From positions 36,704,001 through 36,768,000 of the forward strand of contig OX597825.1 of NCBI GenBank assembly GCA_951406725.2: a stretch of DNA of 64,000 nucleotides, read 5' to 3'. Within the stretch, counting starts at the first letter, position 1; each line of letters starts with the position of its first letter. The translations under genes and the position numbers were made by a program. Below the pieces are notes generated by a model. The model searched no databases. It was not told where the DNA came from and worked only from the letters and a program-made list of their open reading frames with translations. This DNA comes from Octopus vulgaris (taxonomy: Eukaryota). Shown here piece by piece: positions 26,981 through 40,716 of the stretch.

Positions 26981-29377
26981 CTGTATGTTTCTAAGTTAAA
27001 GGACTTAATCGAAAGCTTAATGGAAAGCAGTATATTCTATTACTGCTAGAAATATGACACAAACTGAGATTAAATACTTGGTAATAATACAGCTGTACTA
27101 ATATGCTAATAATACATTCTCTACATTAACACTGGGTCAAGGCTGAGAATTGTAGGAAAGATGTTGAATTGCTTCTTGAATGATTGATACTCATTTCATT
27201 GATCCCAAAATAATGAGATGCCAAGCTGAACCCCCTGGTAGGATTTGAACTTCATTCTTTTTAAGTGGGTGAAATAAAAGAATGCCTAATTTATGATTAT
27301 TTTGTAATGCTATCAGCTATTGGAAATAATAGTATTAAATGATTTCAGTAGAGTGCAATCAATTAAGACCACTTCAATATTTGGCTGTGGAACTGCAGAA
27401 GGATAAAAAGCAAAAGTTAACGCTGACAGGAATTGATCTCAGCACCTAAAGGGATGTAACTAAATACTGTAACACATTTTGTCTGCTGCCAATCCATTGT
27501 CTTTTGTTTGAGTTGATTACATCGACCCCAGTGTTCAACTGGTACTTATTTTATCGACCCCAAAAGGATGAACGGTAAATTCGATCTTGGCAGAAATTGA
27601 ACTCAGTACCGCTAAGTACTTTGTCCAGCATGCTAACAATTCTGCCATACTATATTAGCATTCAAAACCTGTGAGAAATAACAATAAAATCCTTATATTC
27701 ATGCCGCATTAGCTTAAAAAGAGTAAAATACATTAAATATGTAAACTCTGATATACTGGACCCCAAAAAGAAAGATTATTGTATTTTGAGAGGGTCAATT
27801 TGCAAATAGTAAACACACACACACACTGATTCTGTCTCTGGTTTATTATTAATAGACAACTAGTTAATCATTTAACCACTAAACTAATCAATTGTTTGAT
27901 ATTAATTGTTATGTCAGTTACAACTCATCAGAGTCCTAGTTTTCCCATTTGTGATTTTATCATTCAGACGACAGATAGACTTGGAGGAGACCTGATGTAG
28001 AGAAATGTCATTGATGAGGTTTCAAATAGCAATAAAGGACTGGCTGACCTAGCTGATTGATTGACCAAAGTTAATGAAACACTCAATTCATTTATCGGTT
28101 AAATGATTAACTAATTGACTAATAATATCGCTTTCAAATTTTGGCACAAGGCCAGCAATTTCAGGGGGTGATAGTCAATCACTCAACTGGTACTTATTTT
28201 ATCAACCCTGAAAGGATGAAAGGCAAAGTCAGTCTTAAAGGAATTTGAACTCAGAGTGTAAAGAAGGATAAAATACAGCTAAGCATTTTACAAGGTTTAC
28301 TCATGATTCTGCCAGCATGCCACCTTAGTTGACTAATAATATTACATTATAAAAAAGAAGCAGATCTCCATCTATCTGTCACAACATCTATTAGAGGAAA
28401 AGAAGAAGAGGAGAAAAAGTTGATGAGAGAGAGAATGTGTACATGTGAATGATAGATAGATAGATAGTGTTGTCACCATAGTAACTAACAAGACTTGCAC
28501 TATATAACAATCAACAATTAAAAGAAGGTACATGCATGATTAACAAATATTTTTACTCACAGTGTAGTGATGTGTAAAGATCTAGTATTAAATGAAATAG
28601 AACTAGTGCATGTGTTTGTTATTGGCACAATGAACCTCCAAAAATACAACTAAATCTGTTTCAACACACAAATTCACTTCAAGAAACTTGCAAAAGAATG
28701 GTCATAGACATTGCATTTGATTAGAGGATTAAGCTGGAAGCTAAACAATTTATATTAAGACTGTTATAGTGATTGCTTTTCTTTCAATAATATTCCAGTG
28801 CAATCCTATGAAGTTAAAAAAAACAACAAATAAGTAATTAAAAAATAAATAAGAACACACTGGTAAAGCAACAAGAAGCTTCTCTAAAAGCTGGTGATTT
28901 GTTCATGTGGTAGTGGTGGCAATATTTGAGGGGGTAGTAATACTAACAACAGCAGAAGCAGCAGTCCCAGATCAGCCAAATTGCACTAATGCATGATCAA
29001 AGACAATCCTATCAAAGCCCTACCTTTCTTTCATATTTCTGATATAATGATCCTAGGAATTTATTTTCCTCCATTTGCTCAAGATAGTAGGGTGTAATTA
29101 GCTGCTATTTCAAGCAGATCAAGTAGAGGCACACTCTTGTTATTTATGATGTGAAGCAAAAAAGAAAGAAACCTTGTGATTTGGACACCAATTTTTTACA
29201 GGTAATATTCCCAGATGAGCAGGTACCTACTTACGAATTCTAAGCGAACTAAATGCAAAGGGAAACAAAATAGTTTTCCCTTAAACATAATAATAAACCA
29301 GCAGCAGAGCTGCACAACAGACTCAAAAGAAGGTAGCCAAATACCTTATCCGCAGAAGCATATTCCTCTTTCTAATG

Positions 29378-29738
29378 CAGTGGTTTTCAATCATTTTTTT
29401 ATCTATGGATCCCTTTGATTACTATTCTATTCTGGTGGATCCCCATAGCAATTCCATGTTTAAAAACCAGTTTTACAGATATTTCTTTCGAAGTTTGTAT
29501 TTTGTTTATCACACATTCACTTGTGAAAGCTCGCAATTACTTTCTTGGAAAGAACATTTCAGAGGCTTGAAACAAGTTGTACTATGTAAGAGAAAGAAAC
29601 CATGCTGTTTCTTGCAATAAATACATCTAAAACAAAATCATGGGCTCTCAGAATACTACTATGGATCCCCACCCAGTTTACCATTTTACTTGCATGGACC
29701 CCAAAAATCTAATATAGACTCCCAATTGAGAACCATTG
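29378..29738. mobile_element. hAT-type MITE with 8-bp TSD
   Basis: CAGTGGTTTTCAAT ... ATTGAGAACCATTG termini; flanks TTCTAATG / TTCTAATA. Confidence 0.8.
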
Positions 29739-29771
29739 TTCTAATATGTCAAATGTGAAAATAGCATATTT

Positions 29772-30160
29772 ATCATCATCATTTGATGTCCATTTTTCCA
29801 TGCTTGCATAGGTCAGACCAAATTTGCTGAGGCAGATTTTCTAGAGCTAGATACCCTTCCTATCATCAACCCTCACTAGATTTCAAGCAAGGCAATATTT
29901 TCCTATAAACAGATGGAAACAAACAGCCTTGCTTGATTGACACTAATGCTCATTTACAAACATCATGTAATGTGTAGGCAAGAGTGAACACACACAAACA
30001 GGCTTCTTTCAGTTTCTGCCAAGCAAATCCACTCACAAAGCTTTGGTTGGCTCAAGGTTGTAGTAAAATACGCTTGCCCTAGTTGCAGTGTAATGGGACT
30101 GAACTCAAAACTGAATGGGTGGAAAGCAAGCTTCTTAACCACAGAGCCACATCTATGCTT
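29772..30160 (-). mobile_element. SINE with family D head and RTE-like 3' tail
   Basis: D-type tRNA head joined to a tail ending GCATGGAAAAATGGACATCAAATGATGATG; relatives at 37940, 53390 and 62700. Confidence 0.75.
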
Positions 30161-30689
30161 ATTATTAAGAACAATTGTTTTGCAGCACTGAATATTCTAT
30201 AATTGTCTTATAATGTTGTCATAATTATAAACAGTTGAATAATGACAAGAGTACAAGAGTCCCATTGTTCATGTGTTCTGGCAAGTAATAGAACAGCATG
30301 CCAATTATTACTGAAGGTTGGAGGTGAAGTAATTTTATCAGTGGACAATTTCTCAAGTGTGAAATACATCTGTGGTTGGATATTGGTTCCTTAGAATTAC
30401 AGATTACATTACAATGTTTTTTTTTTTGTTCTAGTTACACGCCATCTGTTGCCACTAATGAACAGAGAAAAGTCAACTAGTAAGGACATAGAGAGTAAAG
30501 TAAAAAAAAGAGTCATGAGAACAGCAATTCTACCAAAAACAGCAGGACTCTTACACACTTAACTTCACCAACACTGACTCTTGCAATAAGAATGATGGGA
30601 GATAAATTCACTTATTTTTTTCATTGGTTTTAGACAATGAAATGTAACCATGCTAAAGCAAAGTACAAATGTGCCAAGAGAAAAATTGG

Positions 30690-30920
30690 GCACATCAAAT
30701 GTTGTGTGCAGGAGAGAAAAGTGTGCTAGTATAGTCATGCATTGCAAATGGGTGAGTACAGCTGTATAAAGAAGTGTCAATCACTATATGTAGAAGGAAC
30801 CTGTGGAAGAGGAAAACCTAGGAAGACATCGAACAAAGTGGTGAAAACTTTCTTCAAGATGTTGAGCCTCTCAGAGATGATGGTGAATGGCAATATGCTG
30901 TGCTCATTGAGAAGACCCAT
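30690..30920 (+). mobile_element. RTE LINE C-terminal fragment
   Basis: SCIKKCQSLYVEGTCGRGKPRKT, homologous to the copies at 7693 and 50575. Confidence 0.75.
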
Positions 30921-31186
30921 CCATCTCAGTAGAATTGAAGTTCTGTTAAGCCATCTCTCAACTCTTCTAACACCTACTCTCCCATCAATCTTCTATGTTA
31001 CCCTATTTTATTCACTTCTTCTCTGCATTAAACTCATTTCCTATCCCTAATCATCTGTCACACTATTTTTATTTAGTGCACTTACCTACACATCCACCTT
31101 TTCTGTTCTATCCTATTGTCTCATATTCACCTTGGACCACATCTCTCTCTCTCTCTCTTTAGATGGGCAAGCCATGTATTCATGTC

Positions 31187-32816
31187 TTAAATCTTTAGTG
31201 TTCCGGTTAATCTGTAAAATGTATCAAATGCAATGCTAATTTGTTCACGTTATTTTGAATTATTCACATTCAAGAAGAATGTCCACAATATTTGCTTGCA
31301 ACTTTGTACATTTTTTACATACAGATTTGAAACTTTGTCCGTGGGTGCTTATATACCAGTAGATTATTGTTATGTATCTTTAGCTGATTAAATTTGACTT
31401 TTATGGGGAGGGAAATTTAATTAACAGCTGTAAAAGCAATAACATTGTGGATAAACACTAAAATTGAAATTCTTAATGCACCTTACCTATTTGATTTGTT
31501 ACTAAAATTATCTCAGATGTCAACTGCCAACCATTTTGAACCTTTTCAAGATGGGGTACATTAATTTAAATTAATTAAAATACAGGTATAATCAGTACAA
31601 GATTTTATTCTTTATATTTTATTCAAACATTTTCATTGAAAATGAAGTACAAAACTCTTTTACTAGTCAATATACCATTGGCTATGCACTCTTATACAAT
31701 TTAATGAATGCAGCTCATTAACAGGTAAGGCAAAGGTGAATACAGGAGTATAACATACTGAAAATGAATATGTAGTTCTCATATTCACATAATATTTGTA
31801 ATAAAATGAAAGGAATATATAATAGTATTACTATCAAACAACAAAATATAGTTATGCCATATTTCTATCGTGAAACTATCCAAACTACCCTTACACAAGG
31901 GCAAAATGAACGCATATATGAGGTCTCGACTTGATATCCTTTCGTAGTTTTTTTTTTTTTCAGCAAAGCAAGTCTACAAACTTTTTTCCTTCCATTTATT
32001 TTTCCCACTTTATGGAGTCGATATTTCCTCTGTTGACATCCACTTCAGTTAATTTTGCTTTTCTCCTAGTTCTATGCTTTCTGGAAGAAAAGCCCTCACG
32101 TAACTGAGATGCGATGTCAACCTAAAATTTCAAATGGTCGTAGTCCTTTGGTGGCAGAGGTACTTTGTGGTTTTTTACATAAAACAATATATGAATTAAC
32201 TATCATTAGACATAATGCTGGAGATATATGGATCACCATACCTTATAACAGGATTACAGTAATTCCACAGTTGAGGAAGCTGCTTGATACCAAAATAATG
32301 TTTATAGTAACTTTTACTGTGGACTAGTCTTTTCTGTGAAATCGGAAATTCTGGTTGATGTAGTAATCTTCAACCATGTTGCTGTAGGGTTTTCAATATC
32401 ATTTTCATCACTTTCACTATCAAAATCTTTCTCGTCCAAAGAAGATTCATAAATGTCAAAATGATTCAACCAAAGACAAATCACTGCTGTTTGCATTTAT
32501 ATTTTGTGAATCAACATGAGTAAGACCTTTGAAGTCGGAATCACTTCTTGCTGACACCATATCGTTAAAAACTAAGGTAAACACTTCTCTTCAAATGTTG
32601 AAAATACTAAGAAGTCTCAAAAATTTCACTGTATTTTTACTTGAATAAAGGTGGAAAAGGCATTATCTCAAAGCTATGAGAATTTGATAATGTGATTTGT
32701 TTATTTTTTTAGTGATTTCATAGAGAAATCATGTACGGTCAGATTTGGCTGGTTCAAACAAATGAAGGGGAATAATTTTCAGCCAGTTATGGTCAGTTTA
32801 AACACTAAAAGGTTAA
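31187..32816 (-). mobile_element. Internally deleted piggyBac (PGBD4-like) DNA transposon
   Basis: TTAA at both ends with short TIRs (TTTAGTGTT); minus strand encodes an acidic N-terminus (DFDSESDENDIE), then IVNSYIV..YDHLKF*VDIASQLREGFSSRK and a decayed Cys-rich tail GRKKVC...KTTKGYQVETSY...LCKG; catalytic core missing. Confidence 0.7.
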
Positions 32817-34429
32817 GCGAGATATTTTCTCCTCTATCATAGTTTCTTATCTTTCTATTCTATGCTCCACTCAATTGAGGGATCTTATCTTGTAGATACA
32901 GGGCAACCTCACTGGTGCGGGTGCCACATAAAAAGGACCCAGTACATTCTGTTAAGTTGTTGGCATTAGGAAGGGCATGCAGCTGTAGAAACCATGCCAA
33001 ATCAGACATAGAATTTGGCACAGCTTTTGGCTTGTCTGCTCTTCTTGAATAGCCCAACCCATGCCAGCATGGAAAAGGGGATGTTAAATGATGATGATGA
33101 TTGAAGTGAGAATTTCTTTTAGTATGGAAGTTATTCTATCAGTCTCATACTTTGAATCATTAAGTTGTGGGACACATAGAGACACACTAAAATATCAGAT
33201 CTTCTGCTTCTTTTTTTCTGTACTCATAAACACACACACATTTACGCAACAGATTTATTTCAGTTTCCATCTACCAAATCCACTCATAAGGCTTTGGTTG
33301 AGTCAGGGCCATAGTAGAAGACACTTGTCTAAGGTGCCATACAGTGGGACTGAACCTGAAACGATGTGGTTGAGAAGCAAACTTCTTAGCACACAACTAT
33401 GTCTGCACCTTTATATATATATGTATATTATATATAATGAATACATTAAAAGAGAGGCTTATGTCATTTGACTGCTGTTCTGAACAACATTTCACCATTG
33501 TTGAAAATCTCGTCTATTCACACATCTGAGATAAAATCTTATTGTTACATTACTTGACTGCATTGATATTTTAGTTGCTTATTCCAGTTACTCCATTTCC
33601 TCTCTTTGCTGATATCACTAGAGTTCTATTGTTACGTATAATGTCATCGTCTCCAGTATTTGGGATCCTGTTGCTGCAAGCTGTGACATCCCATAAGGCC
33701 AAGGAATGCTATCTTTTACAACACTGCAACCATGAACTGATAATCCTGCTACATGGGTTCATCTAGGTTAAGAAACATTTTTCAGCAAATAAAATTTCAT
33801 CTGGGCCATTGCATCTTATTAACTTTTTTGATACCAACTTGCCTAAGACTGCCCCAGGTTCTATAACATAAACTTGGAGAGTGACTGCTATTATTGCTAA
33901 CATAACGCTGTCACATCATCCAACAGATGGTGAGTTGCCTACTGCAACCGTTGGATATTTGTTTACACCAACACTTGGAGAGTTGATTACACCAACACTT
34001 GGAGAGTTGATTACACCAACATTTAGAGAGTGACTGCCATTAACATAATGCTGATGAATTTGAATAGATTAACGGAACCTGTATAGCTAGACATTTCCCA
34101 GACAATTTTTCTTCTGAGGATGGGCCTTTGCACCTGAAAAAAAGGTTTTGTGAAACTTCCCACATTGTCAGAATCTTTCCTATTTTTCTTTTCTTTCCCT
34201 TCTTCTATGAACTTATTGTTTTAAAATGGTCTAAATTATAATCTTTCATCAAAATTTTATGCTAATTTGTTCCAACCCCAGCTTAATAATGATAAGGTTA
34301 TTTTGCTAAATTCTCCATTGTTTAAAAAATTAACTGAAACAAAGGCAACATGTGTTGACAGAAACATGGTAACAAAAGGGTTCATAATAAGCAGTACAGC
34401 TTATTAGTAAGACTTTTTCCATCAACATT

Positions 34430-35225
34430 CATTAAAGATTTGTCATCAGTTTCCTACTCAGAAATAAAAGTTGAGATTTGGTTTGCTTTCCACGAAGCCC
34501 TTTTTCAGTTGGTTCCTGTGTCTTTTTTGTATGCCTTTTCTACTTTTACCCAATACCTCATTTTACCTATACATTTAGTAATTACACCATCTTCCCAACT
34601 TTGCTTTCCATGCTTGTACACCTTCATGTACACCTTTACACTAACTTTAACAAAGCTTGCTATGCTTTTCCTAGCACGTTTTCTTTTCTTGCCAAGTAGC
34701 AATTTATCGAAGACTGATTTTACTTTCCCCACAAACATCAGCTCCACTGGTGATCTCCCTGCTGGTGTATTCAGATTTGGTGTCACACAGTACACTTTTA
34801 AAAATTGCTGTAGAGATACCACCTCATCTGTGACTATTTTATTCGATTTTCTAAGAGCTCTTTTGAAGGTATCAACAAAGCGTTTTCCTTGTCCATTAGA
34901 TCTAGGATGGTATGGTGCCATAGTTATATGTCCTACCGTGAATGTTTCACAAAATTTTTTCAATTTGCTAGACACAAATTGCATTCCATTGTCAGACACT
35001 ATCTTGTCTGGAATGCTAAATCTTGCAAACAATTTGTGTAAAAAAATTTATTACTGTGGAGGAGGTTGGTTTTTTACACTTACGAATTTCAGGCGATTTT
35101 GAGAAACTATCATCTACCACTAAGTAGTGAGAACCATTTAAAGGACCAGCAAAATCGAAGTGGAGTCTCAAACACAGAACATCTACTTTTGGACAATATT
35201 TACTTTTTATCGTGGGCAAATCTTT
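34430..35225 (-). mobile_element. Gypsy LTR-retrotransposon integrase fragment
   Basis: LHFDFAGP..YLVVDDSFSK, FARFSIPDKIVSDNGMQF and PYHPRSNGQGKRFVDTFK; frameshifted, no LTRs seen. Confidence 0.9.
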
Positions 35226-35874
35226 AGTTCGTTTTGCCTTTCATCCAGGTGTTCCACTCTGTTTTATTGTAATTTTTTGTTTCAGTCCCTCAGCTACATT
35301 CGAATCTTCAACTGAACCAACTATATATTTCCACCTTCACGAATTTTCTCATCATTATATTGCCAATTTCTTCCGATGACATACTATTCTCTTTCCTTTG
35401 TTCTGATGTTTTGTCATCTTCGCTCTACAGTGTGTCTTTATGTGTCCGATATTACTACAACGAAAGTACTTTGCTTTTTTAAATGGTGTATACTTCCACA
35501 TGCAAAATAGATTTATTTCCTGATTTTTGTTGTGTCTTTTAAAACCATTTCACACTTGCTTTACTTGGAAACAATCATAAAGTTCAATTTCCTCAGTGTC
35601 TTGTCTTCATTTGATTATCCTTTCATATTCTTCTGACGCTTGCTGTAGGATTACATCCTGGTTTTGTTCCAGTTTTCTTTCTGTGTCCTTGTGTATTAAT
35701 TCATGTAGTTTAAACGTCTCACATGTCCTGTTTACTCTACAATCATATGTGATGTAGTCCTTGTTGTTGTTTTTCTCTATGTTCAGACACTTTTAACATG
35801 TGTTGAGCTTTTTCCACTCAGAATTTTACACAATATATCTATTGTATCATTAAAGTCTATGTCCACAGATTTTC

Positions 35875-36286
35875 TAAGGTATTTTTTGATGTTATTATCA
35901 TTATTAATTGAACTCGGAATTTTGGGGTTAGTAGTCCACACTCTTAACCACTATGCCATATGCCCGTGGGCAATTATGGAGTGAATTTTAGGGCTTATAA
36001 ATCTAATTCACTCCATAATTGCCCATGGATGTATGGCGTAGTGGTTAAGAGCATGAGCTACTAACTCCAAAATTCCAGGCAGTGACCTGAATAATAATAC
36101 TAATAATAATAATACTAATACTACTACTACTAATAATAATAATATCAAAAAATACCTTAAGAACGAGAACCCAGGTTCGAAATTTCCCCAAGACACCTCA
36201 TGAAGGCTGAAGGATGTATCAGCCGAAATGTTGTGTTAACAACAAACAAGATGAGGACAAATATCCGTCAAATGTAAATAATGTAC
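35875..36286 (+). mobile_element. Foldback element with tRNA-like head and hammerhead motif (Penelope pLTR/retrozyme-like)
   Basis: Inverted arms 35875-35987 and 36005-36159 containing A box TGGCGTAGTGGTTAAGAGC; hammerhead-like motif just downstream. Confidence 0.65.
36192..36237 (+). ncRNA. Degenerate type I hammerhead ribozyme motif
   Basis: GACAC-CUCAUGA-a-GGCUGA(aggaugua)UCAGCC-GAAA-UGUU-GUGUU: perfect 6-bp stem II and stem I, core G5 changed to C, apparent CpG decay in stem III. Confidence 0.6.
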
Positions 36287-37157
36287 TAATATGATAATGT
36301 ATAAGTAGGAAACTGCTTGATGATATATAAAGAGACTAAGCAACTGTAGAAGTAAAATAAAAGTGAGTGAAAGAATGAGATGTTTATCAAATTGCCCAAA
36401 GTGGCAAAAAGAGTGAGAGTGAGAGAGAATGAAAATGAGTGGGTTGGAGAAAGTGATGCATTACACCAGACCAAGTGGTTGCTATCATTTGACCAAATGG
36501 AATGAACAATCACCATAACTAAGAGAATGAAAAGATATAAATCTTCCAGTTGTGATGAATAATGGACGATTTCCCATGATACCTGAATTTTGCCATGACC
36601 AAGACACAAAACAGTCATTTAATCATTTAATCAAATTGACAATTATTTTTACTAGTTTTAAGTCAAGGAATTTTATGCCGCTTTAACTAAGATGAGAAAT
36701 GGGAACAATATTGAAGTACATTTAAATAGCAGTAGAAAACAAAAAAAATCCTCGTGGAATTCAGTTTTATCATGAATATTCTAATGAATAAACTTCTTAA
36801 ATGTTGAAAATGACAAATCTTTCAGTTTTCTGTAAATTATATTGTAATTGTTTTGCAAGTATAAGCTGGCAACCTGGTGGAATTGTTAACACCCCAGGCA
36901 AAATGCTTAGCAGCATTTCGACAGTCTTTATGTTCTGAGTTCAAATTTGCCTTTCATCCTTTCAGGGTCAATACAATAAGTACCAGTTGAACACTGGGGT
37001 TGATGTAATTGACTTACTCAGAAATTGCTGGCATTGTGCCAAAATTTGAAACCAATATGTTTTAAATATAGTATTATTTCCTTTTCGTATTTGACTTGTA
37101 AGATTCTTGATGTAAACTCATGTGTTAAAACAAATTTTGTTGTATCTTGGAAGGGTC

Positions 37158-37380
37158 ATTACACCAGTAATAAACACATGCACTGGTTTAACTTCATTAT
37201 TAACCAGTTGGTTAGTTACTTAACTAACTAATCAATTGCTTACAACTTTGACAAAAATCTGATTGATTGATTAACAGTATGATTAAGCAAGCAGTTAGTT
37301 AGTAGGTTAAATAACTAACCAATTCACTAATAATACAGAAGTAAAACTGAACCAGTGCATGTATTTGTTGTTGGTGTAGT
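37158..37380. mobile_element. Foldback MITE (~85-bp arms)
   Basis: ACACCAGTAATAAACACATGCACTGGTT versus AACCAGTGCATGTATTTGTTGTTGGTGT; a related element lies at about 27820-28630, interrupted by a SINE. Confidence 0.7.
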
Positions 37381-38331
37381 ATCATAGTTTTTAATTAAAT
37401 TTTTATATCACTAAACTACTCAGTGGACCAGTAAAAAAAATGTTTCAAGCAAAAAACAAAAGCCGTCATTTTAAAATATAAGTAGCTTTATACATGTATA
37501 TTGTTGTGACTCAAAGTGGCATGTAGTAATTATTGTAGTAATTATTGATTTCAAAATTTAGCAAAAAGCCAGCAATTTTGGGGAAAGGAGTAAGACTATT
37601 ACATCGATCCTAGTGGTACTTATTTTATCAAGCCCTCAAGGATGAAAGGTAAAGTTGACTTTGGTGGAATTTGAACACAGAACATAAAGATGGACAAAAT
37701 GTTGCTAAGCATTTTGCCAGGTGTGCTAACGATTCTACCAGTTCACCACCTCGAAGGTAAACTTGACCTCAGCAGAATTTGAATTCAGAATGTAAAGGCT
37801 GAGGTAATGTTGCTAAATATTTTGCCTGGTGTGCTAATGATCCTGCCAGCTCACTGCAAATGTAGTAATTATTGGTAGCATTTTACAATTCAATCAAAGT
37901 GTAATGCCTTTACCTAAGAAATATTTCAATAATCTAGTAATCATCATCATCATTTAACAACCACTTTTCCACACTTGCAAGGGCTGAATGGAATTTGCTG
38001 AGACAGATGTCTGCAGTTGGATACCTTTCCTGTCATCAACCTTCACCTATTTCCAAGTCAGGTAATATTCTGTCAGAACAGACATGTTTTCATAGAAGCC
38101 TGGAAATGAAAGACACCGCTTGCATGACAGTGACACTTGCTTACCACTATCACATGATCAAGGAGGCAGTAATACACACACACACACACACACACAATGG
38201 CCTTCTTTCTGTTTCATTCTACCAAATCCTCTCATAAGGCTTTGGTTGGCCTGGGTCTATAGGGGAAGACACTTGCCCAAGAAACCACGAGGTTAGGAAA
38301 CAAGCTTCTTACTACATTGTCACTTTGCTGG

Positions 38332-38557
38332 TTAACCCTTTACCATTTAAACTGGCCATATCCAGCGAAAATATTCTACCTGTTTTATGTTCATACTTGC
38401 CAGATCTGATTTTTCACACCAGCCCTACAATATCATTCTAAAAAAATTAACAGTTACATCATCAAAATCTGATACTAACAAGATAATGCATGATTAATTC
38501 AAAACAATGTGAATAAATAAGCATTTTGACAGAACAATGTGAATGCTAAAGAGTTAA
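38332..38557. mobile_element. MITE family A, intact
   Basis: TTAA-CCCTTTACCATTT ... AATGCTAAAGAG-TTAA. Confidence 0.8.
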
Positions 38558-39196
38558 TGTCCATTTTGCCCAACTAGAAAAGGTTAAATCGTGAGGTACT
38601 TGAAGCAAGGTTTTTATGATCAGACACTTTTCTTGTTGCCAAACCTTGCAGGTTAGGGTTGGTGACTGGAATGTAATTTTAATCCAATTATTTAAAGAGG
38701 AAGGACAGTACCCATCACCAATTTCAGTTTTTTTTTGAGTTAAGAAACTAGAAAGAAAGGAGGAAAATTTTTTCTTAAACCAGTGACTTGGCCCAAATGT
38801 ACATAACAGACTGGACCCCACTAAAAGCACTCAAAGACTGGGGTTGGGGCAGGGTGGGCAGACATTAAATTGGGCAGCCACATTAAGTCTACCATACAGA
38901 AATGATGAGAATTAAATTTTCACACTTTGGCAATTATAGCAGACTACTTCTTTCTTTTCATTTATTTTATATCATTTAATTACAGGATATCTATGTTTGT
39001 ATAATTAGTGAGTTATATAGACACATAGATTGGTTGATAGCAAAGGATAGGTAGAAAGCACAATATATAGATAACTATATATATAGACACTCACAAACAT
39101 ATAAGCATACAACTAATTTCAAATAAATGTATATATACATGTGTGTGTGTGTGTATGTGCGTATACATACATACATACATACATACATACATACAT

Positions 39197-39233
<37 letters not shown>

Positions 39234-39239
39234 TAAATA

Positions 39240-39612
39240 TCTTTTTCTTTTGCTTGTTTCAGCCATTAGACTGTGGCCATACTGGGGCACAGCCTTAAAG
39301 AATTTTAGTCAAATGAATCAACCTCAGTATCTATGTTTTTATAAAGCCTGCTACTCATCCTTTCGGTTTCTTTTGTTGAACTATTAAGTTACAGCAATGT
39401 AAGCACACCAACACCGGTTGTCAAGCTTGGGTGCAGACAAACACACCAACAAAGATACACACACATATAATAGGCTTCTTTAAGTTTCTGCCTACCAAAT
39501 CCACTCACAAGGTCTTGGTTGGCCTGAGGCTATAGTAAAAGATACTTACCCAAGGTAAACCTGGAACCATGTGGTTGAGAAGCAAACTTGTTACCACACA
39601 GACACACCTGTG
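39240..39612 (-). mobile_element. SINE family D
   Basis: Homology to other family D copies. Confidence 0.8.
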
Positions 39613-40716
39613 CCTATCGCCACAATGCACCCTTTGCTACACCTATAGCCACACCTACACCTGTGTGTGTGTGTGTATTTGTGTGTGCCTGTCTGTGATT
39701 TTTCCCAAAAACTGCATGACAACTGGTTTGGTTAGTTTACATTCCTGTAACTTAGTGGTTTGACATAAGAGAACAATATAAACAGACGCACATAAACACT
39801 ATCCCTTTGACTTGACATCATGTGATTGTTGTAAACAAGTGTTGCCACCTTGCAGGTAGTGTTCTTTGTTTCCAATTTCCCATGAAAACATATCTGGTCA
39901 TGGGAAAGTTATTACCTCAGCTGCAAACAGATACGGTTTGGCAACAGGAAAAGCATCCAGTCATAGAAAATCCACCTTAACAAAACTGGGACTAACCCAC
40001 TTGAGCATGAAAATGTGCATATTAAACTGATAAGGAACACATACACACAAAACTACACACGCATATCCATTTAGAAATGTGTTAGAAAGTTGTAAAGGCA
40101 TAAAGACAAAATTAAAGAGAAAAAAATTATGGTAAAACCCCAAAAAAAAGACAAGAAAGAAATTAGATCTATTAATGGTAAATTGTTGGTAAATGGAGAA
40201 GGGACATACACACACACATGGCTTTCAAATGGTACCCCTGCCCCCACTCCCAGTTCATCCCAATATCCAGTGTAATTATTTCCAATTTTACTAATGATCT
40301 ACTCTTTACTTAAAACACATACATTACTGACACAGGCTATTAAGGATAATAACAGCAAAAACAACAACAACTATGATTGAACCTTGAACAGGTCTCTCAA
40401 TTGTTCATTGTTGCTAGCCAACTGACATTGTTAAAACCCACACACAGTTACCATATTTGTAGACATTACTAGTATCAATTGCCAGCTCACTCCACCTCCT
40501 CCTCCTCCTCCACAATGATGAAGTCATGACCTGCTTTCAATACTCAAAAACAGTTGTGCTGTCTGTTGTTGTTCCCTCCTTAAAATAAGTACAGACTAAC
40601 ATGGCTATATATTATTCTCATAAATGACATAATCTAACCTTCATTCTGACTCTTTCTCAAGTATTAACAAGTGTCAGTGTACAAACACATACATATGTGT
40701 GTACATGCATGAGCAG

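Noticed and set aside
40450-40580. Candidate FAM174 exon 2 (minus-strand acceptor, nearby KYG codons, GGA run)
   Set aside because: The phase-matched frame hits a stop after about 18 codons and the motifs are in the wrong order
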